Source of the DNA: Thalia democratica
Lineage: Eukaryota
DNA: 64,000 nt
Assembly (NCBI GenBank): GCA_965202585.1
Contig: OZ241832.1
Span: forward strand, 38,316,001-38,380,000
Reading direction: 5' to 3'
Below the pieces are notes generated by a model that saw only the letters and a program-made list of their open reading frames with translations, was not told where the DNA came from and made no database searches. Position 1 is the first letter of the stretch; every line of letters begins with the position of its first letter. The position numbers and the translations under genes are program-made. Below, piece after piece: positions 13,530-25,400 of the stretch.

Positions 13530-14659
13530 CAGCAAATATTTTAACTGTTTTTTAACTATTTGATCAAAGTATTAAACAAGCAATCTGAATTTTATTTTTA
13601 ATTATCACAAACTAAAAAAAGTGATTAAAAAAAAGCACTAGCATAGGGAATAATTACAGTAATAGTAAATTAAAAAGAAAGTTTTAAGACTTTAATCAAA
13701 TAAATCTTTGTTAGTGTTTATATATATGTAGTGTGTAGCGAAATGTTGCAATTATGAATTTCTTATTACAAATCAATATCCTTAAGTTTGACCTAAGACT
13801 TTTCTTTTATGTGTCAAAATAGGATAAACACTCTCCTACACAGAACATACTCATTTTTATGAGTTTTTAGTATGCTGTTGTTACAAGTTTAAACACTATC
13901 AAAATATTTTTCACTTAACTTATTTAATCATTTTTGTATAAAAGCAGGAGCCCTTTGTTAGTCTTTTGTGGGCCACAGTATGTTACATAATATTTCTTTA
14001 GAACTAAAAATATCTTAAAAAGATTGTATTTAAAGACTTTTATTGTAAAAAGCTGTAACTGTTGCTTCTATGCTATAGTTACTTTTTTACTAAAAAGCCC
14101 TCCTTAGCATGAATTTTTTGTGTGGTAGACAAGTTTTCATACCCTCGGTAAAAAGCCTTCTATTTGAACAATTTTTCCTCATAAATTGCTTACAAAAAAA
14201 GAAAGAACTATAACTTTAATGTTAAGTAAATAAGGAAAACAGACTTTTTACAGTTATCACAATAAACTTAATCACCTACTTTTATCTAAAGAGATTATAA
14301 TTTGCACAAAAACTCTTATCAAGAAAGTTGTGATCATACAAGAAACAAATTAAGTTATTTTTTGATCTGAAAAACCTTCTAAACTTATTACACCAACAGA
14401 CATTTTAAATTTCGAGCTTGCAATAAGAGTCAAATTTTCATTATAAATATTTATACTTATTTATGTCAAAAAATACTTAAAATAAACATTTTTTTATTGA
14501 AAAAAATAGTATAATGGACCTATTTTTCTGTTTATTTTTGTATCTGTGTTGATCTCTAGTTATACCACTTTGCAATCAGATCTTAAAAACTATTTATTCA
14601 TTTAACCACACAAAAAAAAAAATATTTTAGTACGCCTTCTGTAATTAAATAAAATCATC

Positions 14660-14830
14660 TGAAAATACTCCTTTTTTATGGTAAAAGCAAAATTAGTCTC
14701 ACACTATAATCTTTTCAACTATAAGTGTTTTCTGGGCAAAAGAAAGTGTGTAACATCGTGTGTAATTTAATCTGCCCCATTAACATTCAACTTATAAGTA
14801 AGCAAAATAAAAATTGCTTTTAAAACAAAA
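14660..14830 (+). repeat. Diverged ~170-bp direct repeat (partner at 15962-16130)
   Basis: Shared blocks TTATGGTAAAA..AGTCTCA(C/A)ACT..TGTTTTCTGGG(C/G)AAA..TGTAATTT..CTG(C/T)CCCA. Confidence 0.65.
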
Positions 14831-15529
14831 AACTCTACCATTTTAGTAGAAATAATTACAGGTGAAGATTACACATTTAAGTACCAGCATTTTGATTACG
14901 AAATTTAGATTAAATTGGGTCAGATTTTTGTTAATATTTAAAAACTTTTTTTACAAAGCTTAAGGTCATAGGAGGGGTCTACCTTGACTTTTACAAATTG
15001 ATCTTATTTTGTAGAGTTTTATATGAGCTATCAACATTTTTAACTGCTTAACATTTTTTAAGTAATTTTTGAGTTATGAGCAATTAAATTCGGTGAACTT
15101 GATAGGTTTCCATTAGAAAGAGCAATTCTTCAAATTTCAACAGTAAGTATATTACTAGTTTATTTTTTTTAATGCAGAAATTTACTTTCAATCTAGAAAA
15201 ATAAAAACCTTATTTAAAAAAACCACCTACTTTTTTTCTTTGTTTTTAATTCTATTTTTTACTATTTATAAAATCCAAGCACTAGAAGTCTTTCAAACTA
15301 TAGAAGGAAATCTTCCTTAAAATTTGAAATCATTAGTTCAAAAAATGAAAGAGAAAATATATTTTAGCTGATTTTAAAAGTTCCAAAAAAATTGAAAAAT
15401 TTGCTGTTTATACCTTTGTATCAGAAACTTTTTACAAAAATTACAATACCTAAAAACTATATAAAACTTTTAAAACATATAAAAAAACTGGCTATACTAT
15501 CAACAAATTAATAGATCAACAAAAACATC

Positions 15530-15870
15530 AGCAAAAGTCTACAGAGCTTTGACTTTTGTATGTGGTGAGACAAGCTCAAGTTAAAAAAAGGTTCGATCAT
15601 AACAATTTATTTGGTAGACTGAGATTGTTTTTTTATACAAGCATACCAGCTGTTTTGCCTAGTGGACAATGTATTAAACGTTGCACAGAAAAATAAATGC
15701 TGACATCAATCAATACCAGCAAAGAGTTACTTCATGTTTTATTGTGATAGACCGTTTGTAGATTGGTGACTGAAGGTTTTTCAGTTTTGGCTGACTGATG
15801 AGTTCTAATAAGAAAAAACTGGTCTCAGTCTACCAAAGGCTTATGGTCTGATGATCAAGTTTGTATGATT
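15530..15870 (+). mobile_element. Family H1 copy 2: inverted 3' fragment (15530-15625) plus forward hammerhead segment (15760-15870)
   Basis: GGCTGA-CTGATGA-GTTCTAATAAGAA-(AAAA)-CTGGTC-TCAGTC: stem I is fully paired but the CGAAA core has decayed. 15610-15625 TTTGGTAGACTGAGA is the reverse complement of 15823-15837. Confidence 0.7.
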
Positions 15871-15961
15871 GAACAATTTGTTAATTTTAAAAAAATTGAT
15901 AAAGAGGTTTCATAAAAGAGCTAATAATAATTTTTGTAAAATAAAATATTGGACTCCCCTA

Positions 15962-16130
15962 TTGTCTTTTTTTGTTATGGTAAAAAAACATCAGTCTCAA
16001 ACTCTACCTCTTGCAACGACTAATGTTTTCTGGGGAAAAGTGAGTGAGTTACATTATATGTAATTTTACCTGTCCCAATAATATCTAACTTAAATTATCC
16101 AAAAATAAAGTAAACAAAAAACTATCTTTT
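15962..16130 (+). repeat. Diverged ~170-bp direct repeat (partner at 14660-14830)
   Basis: See the partner copy. Confidence 0.65.
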
Positions 16131-18270
16131 AAACAAACTAAAAAAAAACCTCAGTGATACACTATTTGGAGAACACTCACGGGGAAAAATTTTAACACTA
16201 AAAACCACAAAGTGTGGGAAAATCATGAAGCTTAAATCCCCAAGTAAGTGTTCACCAGCACTACAGCATGAAAATCAAACCAACAATCCAATCATGTGAT
16301 CACCACCACCATAGTAAACCCACTATCAGTTTTTGAGCAAATGCATTAAACTAGTATTACAATGAATACATAAGCATTAAATAACTATCTTAAAGCTTGA
16401 TAAGCCTTATGTTCAGTTAAGTTTTTTATTTGGTATGTGATGGCCATGGGTTTTAATCTTACAAGAGTCAACTCAGAAGAACCACTAGGTTAACAGGCCA
16501 CAAAAATTGCTTACAAATTTTACTAAAGACAAATACAAGTTAAAATATTATTCCCTACAACTTTGTTAGTGTTAACAGTACAATATTTTTGTAAGGTAGA
16601 AAGTATTAAATATTTTGATATGTTTTAATTTGTAAATAAATTTAGTGCTATTTAATTCAAAAAATACATAACTAGTCATGATATATAAGTTGTAACTTAC
16701 TTTATATATTGCACTAAATGACTACAATATAAAAAGTTAGTAAATTAGTAGTAGTAAAGTACTAACTAACAACTAAATAAAAAAAAGTAAGCTTATAATT
16801 TAATTACCTTATTATTTTATTTAATTCATGCAATTGTTGCATTACAAATGCAGCTATATAATGTAATACCTAGTTTTTTAGAGAATGTAGTTTTGCAGGC
16901 ATTAATTTTTATTACATTACTTCTCAAGCCTTACACCCACTTGCTCTTACTGGGAAATTACCTGCGGCTTTTTGTAACTAAAAAGAATTTAAGTTTTAGA
17001 GAAAATTGAATTCCAAAAAAAAACATTCATACATAAAGTTTGACAATATGAGTAAAAAAATTCCAGTAATTAAAAAGAAATGAAAAAATTCTTGAACATT
17101 CTCTAGGTAAGAGATCGAATTTGAAAACTATAAACTTTTTTTTTTTCTATTTTGCTTAAAAAAGACTAAATAGTAAAAGTTTAATGTTTTGTTAAAATTA
17201 TTCTAATTTTAAAACATAAAACAAAATAAGTTATATTACGACATTTAATTATTTTGGAAATCTTTTCAAATAAAATTATCAAAATTTTAATTTAACAAAC
17301 TAGACTTGCTGCTAAAGTTAATTTTATGAGCCCGACACTGAACTTAGCAGAAAAGAAAGATCTGTAGATTACTTTAAATTATTTTATTTACTTATCTACA
17401 AAAATATTTACAATTTTATTTTTAAAATAAAATTTAGTTGTTTTTCTTTAAAAAAAAAAGAGATATACTTATTTAGTACGGTACAGCAAAAACTTTAGTT
17501 AACAAAAAAAAATAATTTATGCTAAACTTAAACAAACCAGTCATCTAACAACTACTTAACAAAAAAATAAATTTAAATAACTATAAAATACAGAATTTTA
17601 AAATATATAGTTAAATTTTAAATTATGTTACTTGCAGGGTAACCAGAATCGATTTCAATAATAAAAAATGAATTTGGTTAGTAATTTGTGCCAATGTAGT
17701 CTGTACTGTACTGTACACATGAAATTTGTTCCTAGAATATTTTATAATTAAAATAAATCAGGTGAAGTTTTATTTTAGAAATTGTTAACAAAAAGTATTG
17801 ACTGACAAAACATTTTATTTACATTTTTCAAAATTGATAAAATAAAGATATTACGACCTGATAAGTGCGTAGCGACTTTTAAACTCACGTTTATAAATGA
17901 AAAAATTAAAAAAATTGAGAAAAGAATAACACTTGATTAAAACAATTTAAAACGGCAGATCCGAGGATTATTTTTACCTCACAACCACCAATAACACTAA
18001 CTAGTAAAGATCTAGTATCCCACTTCAAAAAAAAGTTGTAAACTAACAATTCAGCTGATTTTCAAAAGCAAGCTATATAGCATTGACAACAAGAAATCTA
18101 AGCAAAAAGATAAAAGAGCATTTTCCAAAGAGCCTAGACCTCGACAAGTTATTAAACTTTCTCCGTAGTGTATGACTATAAAACCTAAATGTTTTTTCGT
18201 GCATCAAGTCCTCAGATCAAACTTTCTGAGTGCCTTTTTTTGTCGTTCAATGAATTAAATTAGAAAATTG

Positions 18271-18352
18271 TTATATAAAAAAAAAATTCTCAAAATATTT
18301 TGTCTAAGGACCTGATGCAAAAAAAAATTTTTGGGTAACGAGTCATACACCA
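18271..18352 (+). repeat. R95 copy 2 (degenerate)
   Basis: TTTTGTCTAAGGACCTGATGCAAAAAAAA..GGTAACGAGTCATACACC. Confidence 0.7.
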
Positions 18353-20737
18353 AAACAGTTTAACGTCATGGCCAGGACTAAGAAGATAAGGATAGTATAC
18401 CAATTAAAATTTCAAACGCTTTAAAATTTTCGTCTATTGCAGAATAGTTAGTAAACAACGTAACGTGTGCAAATGGTTTTAAATTAAAAAGAAAATTTAA
18501 AAATATTAAATATTCTAGTTTAACTTTCATTTTAATAAAACTAAAAGCTGTTTGTATCCGATTAAGGAAACCTGTTTAATGTGAGCAAAAATATTTTGAT
18601 AATACTTTTTCTTTATTTTCGTAATACGTTATATTTTTTAGTCGCCTTATTGTCATTGTATTAATGTCTGTTTTTACTATACGTTCACTATTTGTAAGTA
18701 TATATAATTAGCTTTTACTTTTGCTTTTTTTTGTCTTTTGTTTCTCTTTTGATTACTCTGTTAGTATATAAATCTATAAATATTACCTCATTTTAGTTTT
18801 GTATTCTACTAATAAAAATATTTTACTTGATAATACTTCCAATTTATTAAGTTGTGTGCCTGTTTTCTTAAAATACAATAAAACAGAATTATTAAAAAAT
18901 ATGTACTTTTTATTCTTACTTTATTATAAAAACTTATATACAGTATAAAATGTAAAAAGTATATAGTTTATTGAAGATAAAACGAATAAAAACGACAAAT
19001 TAGCTATAAGTTGCAAAGTTTACAAAAAATAAGAATATGTTCATGTAGCATTTAAAGTTTTAATCTAAACAAACTAATTCAGTGTGCGTTTTATCTCCAA
19101 AATTTTTTTATCATATCAAAAAAATAAACTCTTCTTGTTATAAATTCAAAGCTATAGTCGCAGCACTCTTTTATATAAGATAAATTAAAAAATAAATAAA
19201 TTCAGGACTAGTTTTACTTTTCGTAAAATTAATTAAAAAAGAAACCTTGTTCAACAACGAAGTCAAGTAAAGATATTATTGAACAAGCACTAAATTATCG
19301 CTCATTAAAATTAAAATTAAACAAATTAAAACATGTTCTTATTCATTAATTAAAAGCAATAAAAAATATTTTGTACAGCTATTTTAACTACACGCCAATC
19401 GCGTTATGGGCCGACTCCCGCTGGCGTCCAGCAATTTAACTCACTGCTTCAATTTGTTTTTGAAGGATATTGAGTTTTGTGTCTTAGTTTTACTAAGTAA
19501 ACAAGTTTTTTAATATTGAAAAACTTTATGTTCTAAAATATTTTTCACAACACGCTTAAGACCAAAGAATCATCAAAAATACGATATGCAACTCATAAAT
19601 AATTCTACTGCCGTGCTGTAAATTACTGTAGCATCTGGTTTTAGTTAATTGAGTTTGTTTTAAATTTTTTAACAGTCATAATTTATGTAGTTACTATTAG
19701 CTCTTTTCTTTATTTTAAAATATTAAGCTTAGTCATTCATTAGATATTTCAAAAACTAAATATAACTAAGTTAAATTGTTTTATATATTTATAAATAATA
19801 CATACATTACAAACAATAGAAAATAGCATATTTGTATAAAGTTCATAAAGTAATGTTTTAGTTACGAAAGTACATTACTTTTCAATTAAATAAATTGTAA
19901 AGCTTTATGTTACCTTTAAAGTTTTCTCAGTTTTAACTGTTTTTGAAAGTTAAAAAAAAACTTTAAATGTTTTATAAATGAAGTGTTATTAAAAACTTCA
20001 CATAAGATATTAAAAAACGTTTTGAAAACTAATTTTTATTTTTTATCAATATTGTTTACTGCCTATCAGTATTCTAAACGTAATGTTGTTTTGACAATTT
20101 TTAGCAAAATTTATTGCTATTTAACAACATTTGGATATTAGTGCATTTATTACTATATATTTTTTTGTACTTTGCGCAAATATTTTTGATATAGCCGCAA
20201 TCATTGAGATTCCTAAATACAAACTTTTAGCTACAATATATTTGTATCACATATCGATACTCACAAACCGTTTATATTTGGCTTAAGTTAAATACTATGT
20301 AGATACTTTGATAATAATCATTAATAGTCAACAATAGTAATTGTGATAACGCACTGTCAAAACTTCGGAGTTTTACTTGTTGAATATAGCTTGGTATTAA
20401 AGTCGTTGAAATCAAACATTAAAAAATATGTTAGAAACCAAAAATAAAGATAATCTTTGCTCGTTTACTAAATAATTTTTTTCACTTTGATGTTGAAAAT
20501 TGCTTTTTTAGCTTAAAAGTTCCAATTTTGAATTGAATGGTTCTAACAAGCTATAGTCGTGAAAAAATGTTGGAGCGAAGTTCTTCATACAGCTAAAAGC
20601 CATAAATAATGAAAAAAAAGTTAAAAGTCACTAAACAGTTAAGTGAGATTTTTTTTAAAGTGAATGTTTAAATTATAAAAAATGTATTGCAGTCAAATTT
20701 TAAATTTCATTTACGAGATTAATATTTATATATAGAT

Positions 20738-20827
20738 TATTAAACGAAAAAAAAGCGCTCAAAAGTTTGATCTAAGAACCTAGTGTACGAAAAAACATTT
20801 TAGTTATCGAGTCTTACATCACCATAT
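20738..20827 (+). repeat. R95 copy 3
   Basis: TTATTAAACGAAAAAAAAGCGCTCAAAAGTTTGATCTAAGAACCTAGTGTACGAAAAAAC..GTTATCGAGTCTTACATC. Confidence 0.8.
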
Positions 20828-22491
20828 GATGACTTAAAATAAAATACAGTAAGTTATAAAATAAAGATACTTATCAATATGTTAATTTTATAGTTAGATA
20901 GTTAGAAGAATTTTCAGTTTTTATACTAGATTTATATACTTTTCAAAAAAAAAGAATTTTTGTGTATAATTCAAGAAATCTTTTTTTCATAAAATGGCTA
21001 AAAGTTTTATTTTTTACCTTGACTGGTTTTTCATTTTTTTAAGAATACCAATAAACTTTATAATTATCTAAAAAACTAAAAAAAACATGAATTTTTGTTT
21101 AGATTGCTTTATTTTTTTTATGAGGCATAATTTTTTTGTTTTATTTAAAATAATAGCAAAACCTAAAAATGTAACATATTTGGTAAACATTTTAAATTTT
21201 AGTTATTAACTTTAAAAACTTTTAACTCTTTATTATTATCAAAAATATAGAACTTTATAATAAAATATTTGACATATTTATAGATTGATTAAAAAAGACG
21301 TTTTATGAAATAATGCCATCAAAAGTTCTATACTTAAAAAGATTAGTACAATTATTTTTAAAATAACAAGCAGATTTACACTTTTCATCTTTTGATAGTT
21401 CCAAAATATAAAACAGAAACCTTTCCTTAAACTGATATTTAAAATCATGTAAGATAATGTATACAAAATAATTTATTTGCTTTTAATTTTTTCAATGAAT
21501 GCTGAATTCATAATAGTCATAACATATATTGATTTATAAAAAAATAGCTTTTTGTTTACTTGATAAAATTCTTAACAAACTAAAAAAACAATAACTGAGT
21601 AAAAAATCAAAGAAAAAGTAAGAAATAGAATAAGCAATTTTAGTGAAAGAAACAGCATTGTAGTTTTCGAATTGTTTTAACGATAGTTTTCGTCGTGTAT
21701 TCAAAAAAAAGCTTATAAAAATAAAATGTTTTTGTAAAAAATCTCTTTAATCAAATTATACAACTTTGATAATCTTTTAAAAACCAAATACTCTTATAAA
21801 AGATGTTTTTGAACTTTTGATTTTAACTTCTTGAATTTTTGGTAGATTATTATTATTTTTTAAATAAAGTCTAGAATTTTGTTTTAATTTCATCTTTTAC
21901 TAGAAATCACTTGGTTGTGAACCAACGGTTATTAACTTTTACTTAAATATGGTTAGATATAATATAAAAATATTTTTAACTTACTTTTTTAATTTGTTTT
22001 ATAACTTGCCTGAATAAAATCTTATAAAGAAAAAAAAATCTGTTTTTTTAAGCTCTAAACGATTTTACCAAACAAAAAGTTTTAACTTGTTTTATAGTAA
22101 AATTAAATCAAAACATGTTGAAATCTATAATTTGTATAAAAGTTATTACAAATTTTATCATAATTTGCTTATAAAACAGTATAATTAATTTTATTTTAAC
22201 TTCATTGATTTAGAACAACAAATTATAATCATTAAAAGAAGTAAGTGTAACAAATACAGTTTTAGACTTTATTAAAAATTTCTCGAGATTAATTTAATAA
22301 AAAAAAAATATTAAAACATTTTATTTCCAAAGACAGTTATTTATCAAATGCGCAGAAGAAAGCAAACTTTTTTGTACAATTCTATCGTATCGTTTGCGAA
22401 AAAGACCTTTAATAAGTAAACGCGAGCAATTCAAACGATTTAAAAGCGAGCCAGAGTTAGAGCTCAGAATTTTTCTAGTTCACGTTTAAAA

Positions 22492-25400
22492 ATGTACGGT
22501 GACAGCAATTACAGCTCGTTCTATTTAAACAACTACAGTTACGAAGGTTACGACGATGTTTATGACAATTACGACATCGATTCTAGCAATTACGGTTATT
22601 TCGCGAACGGAAGCGAATCAGGAAACGAATCCTGCATACAGATGCTGGATCTGATATACCAAGAAGACGAGAACTTCAGTCCCACGAAGTTGTTTTCCGG
22701 AGAAATATTTACAGCTTCAATGTTCGTCGTTTTGGCAATGATAGGATTGGTTGGAAATGGGCTTGTAAGTGTTTTTGTTTTAGTTTACACATGTTCAAGT
22801 TGTAGAATAGTTTCATTGAATGTTTAAGCTATTTGTTGTAGCTTTTAAAAAATATACCACAGTTTTTTAACTATTATTTTGATAAATATTGTATTTTTGT
22901 TTTTAGAAATATGTTTTAATTACGTATCTGAAATACAACAAATAGTCTAAACCAAAAAAATCTTTAAAGATACAAATATGAATTAGGTAAAAAATTTTGA
23001 CTAAAGTCTTTTATATTACTGAAATTATAAATGAAACTTTAAATTATTTTAAGAGTTGTTTTGATTATAAAGTTGTTTAGTTTAAAGCACCACGGAAAAT
23101 AAAACTTCATAAATGTTATAAAACTTTTGAAAATCCATTGATACAATTAAAAAACAACTATTCTTTTTTACGCTAATCTAATAATAACTTGATTGCTTAA
23201 AAAAATGTTGTATGATATTGTGAGAAACAAATATTTTATTTAGAATTATCCAACTTACTTCTAATTTTAATTAACACTCAAAACTCACTTTGTTATTTTG
23301 GTAATTTTACCTAAAAAAACATAAACTTTTCTAAAACATTTGGATAGTATAAAAAAGTCCTTTAAGTCTAAAAAAAATATTGTTTTGCTGCTTATTTATA
23401 TATAAATATAGTACTTTTAGTTTTATGGAGCAAAAAAGTTTCAAAAACTCAATGAAAAACTAAAGCAACCGCATAAACATTTTAAATCCGATTTTTTTTT
23501 GTTAAAACATTTTAACTTCAGGTGCTTTTTGTAATCTTTGGGGGCAAGGAGACGACAAAAACTGTTGCAAATATTTACATCTGGAATTTAGCGCTGGCTG
23601 ACCTACTTTTCGTCTTAAGCCTTCCATTCATGGCTGCTCAACGGTTTCTCCTAAGATGGCCTTTTGGTGGCTTTATGTGCAAAGTTAGATAAAAAAAAAT
23701 AAACTTGTTTTATTTTGATTACTTTTCAGTTTGATTTATTTGTCAAACACATAAATACACAACAAAACGGTTACACAAACGAAACAGAAAAATGTGAGAA
23801 ATACTAATACTAATATTAATCCTAATACTAATACTAATATTAATCTTTTAAGATCTACAGTACTTCCGTGTTTTAAATTTATAGTATTTTAATTACAAAT
23901 AATAGTTTATAATTTTAAAATTATTCCATTTTTTTTTCACAATAAGGTAACAAGACATAATTTTCAAAGTTTAAACTAGCAAAGTGATAAAGTATTCAGA
24001 AATTAAAAACTAAACTTGTCTAAACCTTATTAGAGTAATGTTTATATATATATATTAGTATTTATAAGTGATGTTTAATTTACCTCTTAAAGTTTTGTTT
24101 AAACTGAAAACAATGGCTTGTAATTGCGTGATTTTCTGTACTGTCAACGGCTATGTAAATTTTTCTACAATGTTTACTAAAAACTTTTGATTAAGAAAAA
24201 GTTCACAAAAGTAATACTTCATTAATTGTAAAAATTATTAGGCTAGTTTAAAAAAAAAAAATATCATTTTATTTACTATAGTTAATTTTTTAGTTGCTTT
24301 ATTTTACATTTTTAGCATATTAAAAATAAAATAATCATATAAAAATTTTAAACTAAGTTTTAAAACTTTAAATTAAAGTTAAAATACAACTATATTTGCT
24401 CTTAGCAGTTTATTTTATAAAATTATATAAAGTTTGCTTTAAAAAAACTCAAAAGTTTTTCTAATTTGTTTATTTAGGTTTTATAAATTTAACTAAAGGA
24501 AATAAAAGTGAAAAAAAAAACTAAGTTTTATAAAGTTAATATTCATTTCCTTGTTTTGACAAAAAGTTATTTTTTCTCCCTGAGCAATTTTTTATAACTT
24601 CTTAAAAAAATTGAACTTGCATTATTTTCGGGTAAGTAAAGTTTTTAGAGCATACACGAAGCCGTGTGTGTAAATTCAGATAAAGTTTGATCAACTTGTA
24701 AGAGTAGTAAATCGTAACTAAGCACCGGAACCATTAATGACATCATAGTGAAGTGGCATTTAAGTGACCCAAAACACCTGCTGTAGCTACTTTATGCGAA
24801 AACAAGTTTCGAAATAAATCTTTGAATATATCTGTATATTGAAACATTGCTCGCATACGTTTGAATATCTTATCAATATGATACAACAACTTTTCCATAA
24901 AATTTCATTTAAAAGCGTTTGACACTGTGTTTATAAAAAATTTCAAGCTAATAAAAATGACAACAGCTTCAGTGAAATAAAAGTTTAGTTTTAATTTAGT
25001 TTACTGCATTTCAACATGTTTACTTTAATTTAGGTGCGATTCAAACTGACCGTTTAATATCAAATTAATTAATTTTTTAATTAGCGAGTAAATGTACATA
25101 AACGTTGAATGCGCTTTTTATAGTTCTCTAATAAAAATAGTAAGTTTTTATAAATACTTACAACCTATCTGAAAGCTGAAACCCATACCTATTATCTAGA
25201 CAGCCTACCTTTTATTAAATTAACATTCACTTTACAGCTCGTGGCTCAACAAAAGTTTTACGAAACAATTTGTTAAAGTTATAATGTAGCCATGTGTGGC
25301 CGGACAGCACAGTTATTTTCTAATGCCGGAACAAGATTAAATTAGCCAGCTTCCTACAAGTTTATAGGCAGATTAAACAGCAAAAACTGCTCGCCGGGAG

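Noticed and set aside
16200-19450. GC-richer patches and a minus-strand donor near 16960, with CCAAT/GC-rich sequence at 19390-19440, as possible IPPK 5' UTR exons and promoter
   Set aside because: Plausible but not testable from sequence alone; there is no coding signal.
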